Origin: Sphaerodactylus townsendi
Taxonomy: Eukaryota
Assembly: GCF_021028975.2 (NCBI RefSeq)
Contig: NC_059438.1
Location: 37,386,001-37,450,000, forward strand
Reading direction: 5' to 3'
Length of the DNA: 64,000 nucleotides
The notes under the pieces were generated by a model. The model saw only the letters and a program-made list of their open reading frames with translations, did no database searches and was not told the DNA's origin. Position numbers and translations under genes: made by a program. Position 1 is the first letter of the stretch, and every line of letters begins with the position of its first letter. Shown one piece after another: positions 48,991-60,729 of the stretch.

Positions 48991-49197
48991 TCCCGCTCAG
49001 GAAATTCCTGGATATTTGGGGGTGGAGCCTAAGGAAGGCTCTCAGGGGAGTATCATACCAAAGAGTCTCACCACCAGAGCTGTCATTTTTCTCGAGGGAA
49101 ATTGATATCCGTCATTCAGAGCTCAGTTGTAACTCTGGAGGCTGTCAGGTCTTACTAGGGATGCCAGCCTTCAGGTGGGGTTTGGGATCCCCTAGAA

Positions 49198-49332
49198 CAT
49201 AGGTGTCAAACTCGCGGCCCTGCAGATGTTATGGACTACAGTTCCCATCATCCCCTGCCAGCATCATGCTGGCAGGGGATGATGGGAACTGTAGTCCATA
49301 ACATCTGCTGGGCCGCGAGTTTGACACCTTTG
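49198..49332. mobile_element. Palindromic hAT MITE
   Basis: Near-perfect hairpin; 8-bp TSD ccctagaa. Confidence 0.9.
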
Positions 49333-49944
49333 CCCTAGAAGTACAGCTGCTCTCCAGACTACAGAGATCAGTTCCCCCAGAGAAAATGGTGATTTTGGAG
49401 GGTGGACTTTATGACATCGTACCCCAACTAAGGCTTCTGTCCTTCCTGGACTGTGCCCTCAAATCTCCAGGAGTTTTTCAACCTGGAGCTGGTAACCTAC
49501 CCCCCTCCCCACCCCCATTACCCTGCCAGTGGCTGGGGAGGCCTATAGTGTGCCAGATGTTCATGGACTACAATTCCCATCAGCCCCTGCCAGCATGGTC
49601 AATTTGGGCTGATGGGAATTGTAATCCGTGAACATCTGGCACGCCACAGGTTGGCCACCCCGCGCTAGGTCCTACGTCCATGGTGGTGAACCTGTGGCAC
49701 TCCAGATGTTCATGGACTACAATTCCCACCAGCCCCTGCTAGAATGGCCAATTGGCCATGCTGGCAGGGGCTGATGGGAATTGTAGTCCATGAACATCTG
49801 GAGTGCCATAGGTTCGCCACCACGGTGACCTACGTGGAGGTTGGCCACCCTTCCTCTGGCCCAGGGAAGTGAAGAGGGTGAGTATTGGCTGGAGGCTTCT
49901 TCCTTTGAGATGGAAAAACAAACCTCTTGTGCTCCTTTTTTTGT

Positions 49945-50210
49945 TGCATGGCGCTCGTAGTGGTTAAAAGCAGTGGACCTTAATCTGGAGAACTGGGTTT
50001 GATCCCCCATTCCTCTTCATAAATGGCAGACTCTTATCTCGTGAACTGGATTTGTTTCCCCATTCCTACACATGAAGCCTACCTTGGGCTAGTCACAGTT
50101 CTCACTTTCTCAGCCCCACCTATCTCACAAGGAGACGACGGGAAAGGAGTTTGTTAGCCTCCTTGAGTCTCCCTACAGTTGGCAAAAGCAAGGTATAAAT
50201 CCAAATTCTT
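49945..50210 (+). mobile_element. Squam3-like SINE, diverged
   Basis: tggcgctcgtagtggttaa head, ggtttgatccc B box, ccttgggctagtcac core. Confidence 0.7.
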
Positions 50211-51327
50211 TTTTTCTAATCAGTTTTCTTCATATCCGTTTTCTTCATAATTCAGCTTACACATCCATACACAGTAATGTGGAATATCATAGTATGAATT
50301 ATCTTGATCTTGGACTTCGATGACTCTTGCTTACACTTACTTATTATAGTTTCTTCATGACTGCCCTTTCGGGTCTCAATCTCCTTGTGTCTTGTTTGCA
50401 ATGTACTACAAGCACAAAATATTATTTGATTAAAACAAAAAAACAAATGTAAAGTTCTAAATATTTTTGTGGCTTTCGGTCAACCTGACACACATAAGAT
50501 GGAACCCCTAGTTGATAACTAAGTGCCATTATTTTGTCATAGGCTCTGGCTTGCCAGTTTTAGTCACAGCCTAGAACAGAGACCCCCTCAAAGTAACTAG
50601 ACCCATCATGAACTGGAGTTGTGTATTACCAGCATACTGGCTCAGATTTCCAGGTAATCTTTCTCAGCGGTTTCACAGGTGCTTAGAAGTAGCTACGAGA
50701 GACAAAATTGCATCCTGAAGTACCCCAAAGGCCGTAGGGTGGGATGGGAGTCTCCTCAAGGTTAGACTGAGGCCCCTGAAAAGCAGGATCTAACTCAGAC
50801 GAGTCCAAAGGAAGCCCCGGATTATGGTGGCATGTGCAGCTGAAACGTACAGAAGTACCCATGTTGGCCAGCTGGTGAAGGTCATCTTGCAAAGCAGCTA
50901 AGTTTCTGTTCTATCCCCAAATCTGCAGGCAGATGGAAAACCCTGTACTGCCACCACTCTCTCAAGCACCTTGCTGTCAAGCTATGTTCACTACTTTTAA
51001 AATAGAACACATCTTTTCTTCACATAGTTCTGCCTGTTTAGGACTAAAGTGTAAAGCTTCCAATTAAATGTGTGAACAAAATTGCATTTTCTAGCAGTCA
51101 TCAGTCCACACGTCTTTCCACTCCAAATTTTTTTTTGTTATAGCTTTCCTTCAAATGTTAAAGGTGAAAGGGCTACCAAGGTATTTTTACAATATATCTT
51201 CGCCGTACCTCCGACGTACCTTCATGCTAGCCCGACTGGACGTCCTACCCTCAGCAGTCCTGAGCGGCAGATTTCTCCAGATCCCATACCAACAAAGAAC
51301 GTTCTTCTTTTCCCATACCAACAGAGA

Positions 51328-51370
51328 TCCTCTGAAGATGCCAGCCACAGATGCAGGCGAAACGTCAGGA
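51328..51370 (+). ncRNA. Minimal type I hammerhead ribozyme motif in a Penelope-like tail (51328-51420)
   Basis: tcct-CTGAAGA-stem II (gcc/ggc)-GAAAC-GTC-agga. Confidence 0.65.
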
Positions 51371-52282
51371 GAGAATGCTGCTAGAACACGACCCTACAGC
51401 CCAGAAACCACACAGCACCCCAAAGAACGTGTCCCTGCTCACAAAAAGCCATCGAAACAATCGAGCACATCCTCCTAGATTGCGAACTGTATGCTTCAAC
51501 TAGAAGACAATATATAGACCCACATACTGAGAACTATGCCTACTCATCAGACAAGGTCAAATCTTTCTATCTGCTTTGTGATCAGTTTTCTCAGAGATCC
51601 CTAGATGTTGCCAAATTCCTGGCGCTGGCACAACAGATTCGCCACAGATTTTTGTTTGTTTGTTTGTTTGTTTGTTGTTTTAACTGCTGGAAATGTCTGA
51701 ACCTACTTATTTTAACTTGATTCTTCTCAACCTCTCTGTTGTATTTTAAACTCATGCCAATAAAAGGTTGATGATGAGGTTAAAGGTGAACCAATTTCCA
51801 GTTTTGTCTTTAGACAGGAACTTTTTGCCGCCTTAGCAACTGACAATGTGGCAGGTGATGGTAAGTAAGTACCTCCTTCTATAACTGTGAATTCTTCAGT
51901 TGGGCTATTGATGTTCCATAGCAGTGGGTGCGTTACACAAAGAAATACATCTGTGCAACTTACAATACTAAAAAGAAACACCTTTAATCAGAGATCCATT
52001 TCTGTATTCTCACTTCGTCTCTCTAATTGTTACAGTCTCTTTCTGCCTCTTAACATTTCAGATCTGGATCCCCAAGATGTCTGATAGAGGCGTACCCCAC
52101 AAACTCCAGACTGGATCTGAATCAGAAACAGAGATGCCCAGGCACCTGGGTTTTAGTACTTAAAATCCTAAAGAGAGTTACACTGCAGCAGTAGTTATGA
52201 TATCACTAATCTTTCCTTGCTGAGTCTGCAAGCTAACCCAGGGTTCAAGCACTTTTCAACTGTCAATGAACTTTACCTACAG

Positions 52283-52999
52283 CAGTGGTGGCGAACCTAT
52301 GGCACATGTGCCAGAGGTGGCACTCAGAGCCCTCTCTGTGGGCACACACAAACAGAGTGCCCCACCCCCACATCTAGGCTGGCCTGGGCTGCTGGGCTCA
52401 ATTATTAGCATTAAACCTAAGACCTAGGCTCATTCCGCACACGCAAAATAATGCATTTTCAAACCACTTTCACGACTGTTTGCAAGTGGATTTTGCCATT
52501 CCGCACAGCTTCAAAGAGCACTGAAAGCAGTTTGAAAGTGCATTATTCTGCATGTGCGGAATGAGCCCTAGTTTTGGGGAAGCAGTGTAGGTAACCCTGT
52601 TAAGCCCTGTTAAACCCCACTGATTTTCATGTTAAGACCTGGGAGTAAGCTCGGTTGCTGGCAATGGGGCTTGCTTTTGAGTAAACCCTCCAAGGGTCGT
52701 AATTTACCCGTTGGAAGAGTTGCACAGTTGTTTCAAAGCAAAGCCACAGACTACCACCAAGCTTACTCCTGAGTAACGCATGCCTTGGAACCAACCGTTT
52801 TTTTCTAAACTGAAACCAGTCAATAGACAAATGCCCCTTTTTATTAATTCTGTAATTTATAATGCCAATAAAGGCTTTGGAATTGTCAAACTAAAACCTC
52901 AGTATTCAGGTTAAATTGCTGTGTTGGCACTTTGCGATAAATAAGTGGGTTTTGGGTTGAAATTTGGGCACTCGGTCTCAAAAAGGTTCGCCATCACTG
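52283..52999 (+). mobile_element. Non-autonomous hAT element with two nested insertions
   Basis: 8-bp TSD acctacag; Harbinger-like MITE at 52427-52567; short retroposon tail at about 52820-52890. Confidence 0.85.
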
Positions 53000-54749
53000 A
53001 CCTACAGCTACTTTCCATTAACTGAAACAGCCGCATAAAAGTTAGATGATGCTGTCTAACATTGGGATGGAACGACATGCATTATGGAAATGTCCTTTAA
53101 AACAGAAGTCACTTGGAAATTGGAGGAGAGCAATTTTGACCCTCTGTCTGCACCCCCACCCCCGGGACCTTGGAGAAAGTCATGAGAGGAGTTCTGGAAC
53201 TAATTCAGCCCAGCCGCAAGAATTCCTGTGGCAACCACAGTTTGGCAAACAGTACTGTTCCCCATAGAGTTGCCTGGTTCAGATTCTAAGAGGCTCTTGT
53301 ATTTCTAAACAAATGAAACAAATGAAAATTCCACCAAGAATGGTTTTTCCCATCACAGATCTGCAGTGATGGGAGAAGTTACAGATGACAGCTTTTCCTT
53401 TTTTTATTAAACACTGCTCCAAATACCTTGTTCCCACTGTTTGCAGTACACTTTACTTCTGTAAAGCATGCTTAGATTAATTGCTTTTTAAAAGTTGAGA
53501 CTGGCCTTCTTTATTGTTCTATATCAGATGTAACTCACTTTTCTGCTGAATGCCTTATTTGCACTTATATTATTATCTCTAGTTATGAACAAATCAGTTA
53601 TCTAGATAATAGCCACATGATTATAACAGAACAGGTTTACAGAAAGATGAGATCGACATTTTCCATCTAGCACTTTATTGTGTAACCCTCTATCTCTTTC
53701 CCCTGCCCAGAAATATATATATTTTTACAGTAAAAGGGATTAAATCGGGTTGTAGGGTAGTGTCAATTATTAGGCTTGGGGTCTGGGACTCCTCTTGAAA
53801 AAGCCATCTTGAGATGTGTATGTAAATTTCAGGATTAAGTTATTTATTATTGGAATTTTAATATTTTATGTTTTAATCCTTGTAAGCTATCCTGAGCCCA
53901 GCTTTGGCCAGGATGAGTAGGGTAGAAATATAATTATAATTAAAAATAAATCTATAAATATGGACTCCTGTGACAAGCAAATCAGACGTCTAAATGGTAG
54001 TCTCAGAAAAAGGCAAGGTGAGATTTCATGATGGAAAACTTCACTTGGGCTTTTGACAGTCCTGAAAAGCAGTGTGACAAAAAGCTGAAAAATGGTTTAT
54101 TTTAAAAATATTACTTGCTATAATATAACTAAGCAATGCCAGGAACTTTGATAATTTTAGCATTTACCTTTAAAGTAATTGTAGAGCTAACTTTTTAATT
54201 CCTGTAATTTTTTTTCTGTCTTGCTCAATAAAAATAATAATAATTTTTATCTCAATAAAAGACGCTTCTACAAGTGTTTTGTCTGGTTTGCTGGTTAATA
54301 GTTCAAAAAGTCAAACTCAGCGCACTTGCTCCTTTGTGTTATCAGAATTAAAGTTTGTTAATCACACTTTAATAGATAAATCCTGGAGAACTCTGCTGCT
54401 GAACAGATTGCCAAAGGCAAAGCCTTTAAAAGCGTTTAGTGCTCGTCCTCACATTGGATGCAGTAGGAAAGCTCTTGTTGCAAAACCATTTTAAGACCAT
54501 AGTAAAATTTATGTCTACTCCTGCATGCCTAGACTCACAAGGGAGTGCTTTTGCCTTTCTAGCATCACATTTAAATCAACCTTGGGACTCTGTGGGTCAG
54601 TACACACACATCTGCCCTGCCCTTCCCTCCCCAAGACCCTCACTTGACTTTGTAGGAGTGAGGCATAGAGCGAGGGTAAGGCTGTTTGTGTCAGGAGTCC
54701 TGTGGCATCACTGCCTTCCTCCTGTGCCTGGAACCGGCCGTGCCACCCA

Positions 54750-55465
54750 TGCTGAGTCAGTAGAGGAAGAGAAAAATGTGCACAGAGGATCTTTTATCTA
54801 TAGACTTCAGCTAACCAATATTTTCACAACCATATCCTTCTGCTTTCGGAGTTCCTCAAAAGGTTTCTGAAAAAAAGTGGTCCAGGCAGTTTCCATGAAC
54901 TATTTTGAGTTATTTCTTGCGCAATTCTGGTAGAAGTAATAAAAACAGTTCAGGAAGATGAAATCACATCTGGAAATGTGAAGGACAGGCACTCTGCGCC
55001 CTTCTCCCCAGTTCCAGAAAGGACACAGTTTTCAAGATCAAGGGAGCAAACCTGTCCAGACAGAACGACAACTTGGAAGCAGAAGGCACTGAGCCCTCTC
55101 TGGTGGCAGGAAAGGATCTTGAAAGCCCGAGCAGGAGGTGGGTGAGTCCTTTCTTTGTTTTGGGGTTGAGATGTCTCTTGCTGTAAGCCAGAAGCTCGTT
55201 CCAGCACACTGCCTCTGGACTAGCAAACATCTTTGCCTTGCAAGAACCCAAGGGAATTCTTGCAGGAATGACGGCTAAAGGAATTTCCTCCCTGATTTTA
55301 TTTCCCATTTCCTTTTCTGCAGATCAGTGAAAGCCCTATAGTGTCCTCCTTTAAAAAAACACAGAAATAAAGACTTTAATTTGGAGTTGTAGGACAGAGT
55401 TATAACTGATGGGACAGCAAATGAGGCATACATCCCTGTTCTTTTCCTGCGAGGCTGAGTCATGC
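54750..55465 (+). promoter_or_regulatory. Candidate CD14 promoter/enhancer and non-coding first exon (donor gtgagt at 55142)
   Basis: AP-1 tgagtca at 54753 and 55456; PU.1-like gaggaa at 54763; C/EBP ttgcgcaa at 54917; NF-kB-like ggaatttcc at 55280. Confidence 0.45.
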
Positions 55466-55765
55466 TGTAACCTAAATCATCAGCTGCTGGCAAGTAGAGA
55501 ATATTCATGCAATGGACCTGCCAAGAAAGTTTTCTTTGATTCTGCATTACTACAGCAGTTATTTCAGTACAATATGAGTTGCTGAGGAATGTCAGCTCAC
55601 TTATTGCAGAAAACACCAGGGAAAATTCAAGATCCTTCCCCCAAGGCACACACACTTTTAATTCTCAGGATGGATTGCATGGCATTATAGCCCCCTGAGG
55701 TCCCTTGCATAATGAGCAGAATTGGAAACACTGTTCTCCTTTCTGGTTCTTGCCTATCTGTGTAT

Positions 55766-56032
55766 GGTCGTTTCCCCACTTACCATCGACCACCCTTTGC
55801 TGCGCACTATTCTCAGCACGCGTCATTTCTGGTGCGCTCCCGGGCTTCCCCATGACCCCGTGCAGAAAGGCGCCGTTTTGAGGAGCACCAGGAATGACGT
55901 GTGCTGAGGGGGCACGAGAGTGGCAGCGTCAAGGCGGCTGCGTTGTCGCCACCCCTGTAGTGGGGAGTGCCGCAGGACCCCACGCTACTTGGCGAGAGTA
56001 GCGCGCAGCAGATGGTAAGTGGGGAAACGACC
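55766..56032. mobile_element. MITE with long TIRs and 3-bp TSD (Harbinger-like)
   Basis: ggtcgtttccccacttaccatc / gatggtaagtggggaaacgacc; tat on both sides. Confidence 0.75.
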
Positions 56033-56316
56033 TATGTCTCCATTCACTGCCTTTGCTTTCAGGTCTTTTAAAGAGGGTAGACTATTTTCCTTAGGGTAAG
56101 GCCACCTGATGACCATGCAAATAGTTCTGAGATGATGCAATAATGCCTGGGGGTGCCACAAAGGCACTGCTGCACCCCCAAAGGCAAAGCAGAGGCAAAT
56201 AGTGCAATCTATCCAGTTTGTGGAGGGTATTTGAAGCCTCCCAAGAGCCAGCTTGCAGGGGGGCTCTCCTCCACCTGTGCAGGAAAAGTGATTCAAGAGC
56301 CCCAGAGAGACAAAGC

Positions 56317-56650
56317 CAGAGGTGCGATCCAGAAGGTTCTCACAGGTTCCCGAGAGTAGGTTACTAATTATTTGTAGGTTACTTATTCTCAGCAGTAGCG
56401 TGCAGAACTTGAAGCAGTCTAGCAGGAGGTGCACCGGCGTGCGTGGCAGCCTGCGCCTGTGTGCATTCGTTTCCCGCCCAAGGACCGGCGCAGCGGCTGC
56501 GTCCTTGCCACGGCCCCGCCCAGGAATGTCCCGCCCCTGGAATGCCCAGCCACGCCCCCATCACGCCCCGCCCAGCCCCATTGGCACTACGCCAGTTTGA
56601 ATCCCACCATCATGGGAACCTGTTACTAAAATGTTTGGATCCCACCACTG
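56317..56650 (+). mobile_element. hAT MITE (cagaggtg...ccaccactg family)
   Basis: TSD gacaaagc/gacaaaac. Confidence 0.85.
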
Positions 56651-57029
56651 GACAAAACCGTAGGCTTCAGATATGATTTGCTACCTCTTGCTCTCCCAAA
56701 ATCCACCACAGGACATAAATATCTCCCCGATTTATTTAGATGACACTACTTGTTGGACAACCCTGATCCTTCTCTCTGTATGATAGTGGCAGACTTTCTC
56801 CTGGAAATTACTAAATGCCAGTAGATTTCCTTCGACCTGACATTTATTTCCTGTATTGTATATGCTTTTTAATCTGTTTTTATTATTGTTGTACTGCTGT
56901 CTATGCCAATAAAGGCTTGCTATGCTACACAGGACATAAATGGTTGTTACCACTTTTGGATCTCCTGCCATCAGTCTCCTCTGTTATTTTTTTTCTAGGC
57001 TTGGCATCGTGTGCAGAACTCAGGCCTTT

Positions 57030-58352
57030 ATGGCCCTCCTTCTCCTCGGACTGAACCTCCCCCGGGCAAAAAGTGACTGTGAGTTTTTTGAATCTGAAAA
57101 ACTCTGCGTGTGTTCCCTGCTGGAGGAGTCAGAGATGCAAAATTTCTTTGACTGCTTGCAAGCCACCACGTACGAGCTGCGAGGTGGAAACCTGGAACAA
57201 TTTGCTGCCTTTTATCAGATGGAACCACCTCCACACCTGATCGATATTCTCGAGGTCCTCCAAGTTAGAAAGCTCGTCTTCACGGACCTGATTGTGCCGG
57301 AGGTGCTCTTGCCCGGAGCCCTGGAATTTGCTTCCCATCCTCTTCAGCTCTCTGAAATTGAGTTTGTAAACTGCACTTTCCTTAGAATGGGCAGCCAGCG
57401 ACAAACAGGGAGGCCTTCCCCACTGAGGGTTTCCTCTCTGCGTTTCCACAAAGCGACCGCTGACTCCCTGGCTGACAGATGCGATGAACTGTCCGGTGTG
57501 TCAAGGTGGCTGGAGATCCTAAAGAATCTGACGCTTACTGAATCACAGATCACCTCCATCCCGTGCAAAATTGGCCAGATGTTTGTGGGGTTGCACTCCC
57601 TTGATATTTCAGGAAACTATTTCCAGGATGAGAGCATCAAGTCCTCCTTCTGCCACGGAGCTTTCCCAGAACTCCAGGTATTAAAACTCCGCCACAACCA
57701 ACTGACCTCTTACCATGCCGTGTGTGAGACAATTGGCCCCCTCAACATGCTAACTCACTTAGACCTCAGTCAGAATAATTTCTCCACCGGATTCTCCTCC
57801 TCCGCCCAGTGCACGTGGCCTCAGTCCCTTCGTGTATTCAACTTGTCCGGCACAGGTTTGGAACACATGGAGTGGTCTCTGCCACCCAACCTGGAGGTAC
57901 TAGATCTGAGCGCCAACAGCATCATTACCCTTGACCTCTCACTCCCTGCCTTGAAAGAACTCTACCTGTCCAACAACAGGCTGCAGGCAGTCCCCCCGCT
58001 CAAGAATCTCCCTGGTCTGGAAGTCCTTAGTGTTGATCAAAATCAGATCTCACATCTGCCTAGCAAGAGCTTGCTGCAACTGAAGCACCTGCAGATCTTA
58101 CAAGCTGGCCACAATCTGTACAATTGTTCTTGTCCTTATGCTTGGGAACTTCGGGACTTGGCAAGCAAGCTGCCCGCACTGACCAACTGGCCCGATGACT
58201 ATACATGCCGGTTCCCTCTTCATCACCGGGACTCCCTGGTTAAAAATATGTCTTCTTCGCCACTGCAGTGCAGCCAAGCTGTGGTCACTCACGCCTCAGC
58301 GGTCATCTTACTGTCCAGCCTTCACCTGTTTTTTTGCCTGTTTCTCATTTGA
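57030..58352 (+). CDS. CD14: CD14 (LRR LPS co-receptor), 440 aa from the first ATG after the acceptor at 56998
   Basis: Signal-like MALLLLGLNL; N-terminal Cys pattern and ELRGGNLEQF; multiple LxxLxLxxN repeats; no TIR domain; hydrophobic C-terminus; divergent from TMCO6 as in mammals. Confidence 0.9.
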   Translation: MALLLLGLNLPRAKSDCEFFESEKLCVCSLLEESEMQNFFDCLQATTYELRGGNLEQFAAFYQMEPPPHLIDILEVLQVRKLVFTDLIVPEVLLPGALEFASHPLQLSEIEFVNCTFLRMGSQRQTGRPSPLRVSSLRFHKATADSLADRCDELSGVSRWLEILKNLTLTESQITSIPCKIGQMFVGLHSLDISGNYFQDESIKSSFCHGAFPELQVLKLRHNQLTSYHAVCETIGPLNMLTHLDLSQNNFSTGFSSSAQCTWPQSLRVFNLSGTGLEHMEWSLPPNLEVLDLSANSIITLDLSLPALKELYLSNNRLQAVPPLKNLPGLEVLSVDQNQISHLPSKSLLQLKHLQILQAGHNLYNCSCPYAWELRDLASKLPALTNWPDDYTCRFPLHHRDSLVKNMSSSPLQCSQAVVTHASAVILLSSLHLFFCLFLI

Positions 58353-58518
58353 GCATCATCAAACATTTATTTTGATCACTTCTAAAATACGGCAACTGGT
58401 TGAGTTGCCAAGCACTCGTAGTAGGCCTTTCTGAAAAGGAAATTTAGAATTGCACACTGGTATGAGATTTTAATTCGGGCACATAGCAACCCCTTCTTTG
58501 GTCACTTAGAACCACATC

Positions 58519-58909
58519 CAGAGGGGAGATCCAGCAGGTTCTCACAGGTTCCTGAGAGTAGGTTACTAATTATTTGTTTGTGCTGAGAGGGGGTTACTAA
58601 TGGGTGATTTTGTCACATGATTTTGGCCTTAGTTACGCCCCTCCTCTCAGCAGTAGCGCGCAGAACTTGAAGCAGTCTAGCAGGAGGTGCGCCGGTGTGC
58701 GTGGCAGCCTGCGCCTGCGTGCATTCGTTTCCCGCCCAAGGACCGGCGCAGCGGCTGCGTCCTTGTTACAGTCCCGCCCAGGAATGCCCTGCCCTGGAAT
58801 GCCTAGCCATGCCTCCGTCATGCCCCGCCCAGCCCCATTGGCGCTACGCCACAGTTTAAATCCCACCACCATGGGAACCTGTTACTAAAATGTTTGGATC
58901 CCACCACTG
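58519..58909 (+). mobile_element. hAT MITE, same family and orientation as 56317
   Basis: TSD accacatc/accacatt. Confidence 0.85.
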
Positions 58910-60729
58910 ACCACATTCTATAACATTTGGAAGTCCACCAGAAGAAAAATCCTCAGCATTTAACAAAACTTGCCCTGCTTATTATGTGTGTGTGTTTTAC
59001 AAACAGCCAGCGAACGGGCAGCCAGCGACAAACTGGGGATGCTGTGTTGGTGTGCAGAACTGCATGAGGATAGTGGGATGCTTTAACTCTTTCCTTCCTT
59101 GAAATTTATCCCTGAAAAAAAAAACACCGTCCCCCCAAATTGTGTTTACTTTTTCCAGTGAAAATTTATGAGTACCTGTATTTTTTTTCCCCAGTGGGAG
59201 TTAAAGGAACTCAGGGTGTCTTTTTCCAGTGACAAAATGGGAGGGGAATAAAGAGTTAATATTTTCCACTCAGCCCACACTTTTCTGCTCCTTGATAAAG
59301 CGATCCCAGAGGCTGCATTTGCCAAATAAAAAAAGTGGGCACAACAAGGAAGTCAAAGAAATATTAATCCTTAGACCACATAATCCATAATCTACAATAA
59401 AGAAAAGAAATTAGTTGAACCTTAACATATACTTACTGCATTGGGGAATACTCTGTAATGAGAAGCCACGAAGTCTTCAAGCATTGTCTTTGGCAGGGGG
59501 CAGAGAAATGGATCTGCCCATCAGGACGTGAGGTTAGGATCCTGACTGCTTAGTTTACTTTTCACATTATTACCATTGTCCCATATTACATACAGAGTGA
59601 TTAACTGAAGTCCTGCAGTCAAAACTCCTCTTACAAGCTATAGTTGAGCCAGACAGGAGTTAGTTTCAGGAAGATGGCCCAAAGTTGTCTCCAACTTCCA
59701 TCTTCCAAAGTCAGTAAACTGCGTGCCTAGATCCATGGAAACAAAGTATATTGGGGAAGGCAATGGCAAACTAAAACAGTCTGCTTAGCAAACGTGATGC
59801 AATGTCACCTCAAGGGTCAGTAATGACCTGGTGCTTGCTCGGGGGGGGGGGGCACACTACCTTTACCTTTATCTCATATTACATGAACTCATATCAAATA
59901 ACTTTTGCATGACCTAAATTTTGTTGGTTTGCAGAAACGTTCTGTTGGAATTGCACATTTCTGCCTCTTGAGCTGCACACTTTGTTTTGGGTTGCATATA
60001 TATAGAAAGGCCTGTTACAGACTTCGACTGATTGTGGGGTAACAGAATAACCTCCTGGAATTGGGAGTCGAGGTTCCACTGAATATTGGTGGAAAGGTTA
60101 TACAGCACGCATGTAGAATTCAAAAACTGTGCTCCGTTAGGACCCTAACAACTGATGATTGAGTGTTATCTTCTGGAAAAAAAAAACCAAATAACTTTTA
60201 AAGCAAATGGAGCTGTTCAGCATAAAAACTCTCCTGGTGGAACTTCATAGGCCTTTGATGTTTTCATAAAGAGATTGTGGCAAAAGAAAGTTTCCTTTGA
60301 TCCTGGGCTTTTTGCGGATGTAATTTTTTTAAACAAAATTTAAACGACACTGATGATAAAGTATAGATTTTGACATTCTTCTGTATGTTTTTTATTTTAT
60401 TAGTATTGTTTGTTTAATGTTGGCTTTATATGTAATTGGGTCTGTAGACCGCAATAAATTAATTGAATTGTACAGAATTTCATTTAATTTCATTTATTGG
60501 TTTTGTATGCCAACACTCCCCCTGGCAGGTTTAGAGCAGCTTCCATTATTTGCATAAAATATAATATCAATTTAAAAACAGAGCTGGCATCCAACCATTA
60601 AAACGTTACTAAAACCAGACGGCAGAGTGAATTCCAATAAAACCAGGGTACCATAAGGAGAAAGAAGGATGAAAAGGATGAAATAAAATGGAAACGAGTA
60701 CCTGTAAATTTATCAGAACAGGTCATACC

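Noticed and set aside
56012-56020. ATG|GTAAGT as the CD14 first coding exon
   Set aside because: It lies inside the TIR of the 55766-56032 MITE and would be out of frame with the 56998 acceptor.
56940-57029. CD14 start at 56940 (470 aa)
   Set aside because: This ATG overlaps a retroposon TSD and precedes a clear pyrimidine tract and AG at 56998, so it is probably intronic; usable only with intron retention.
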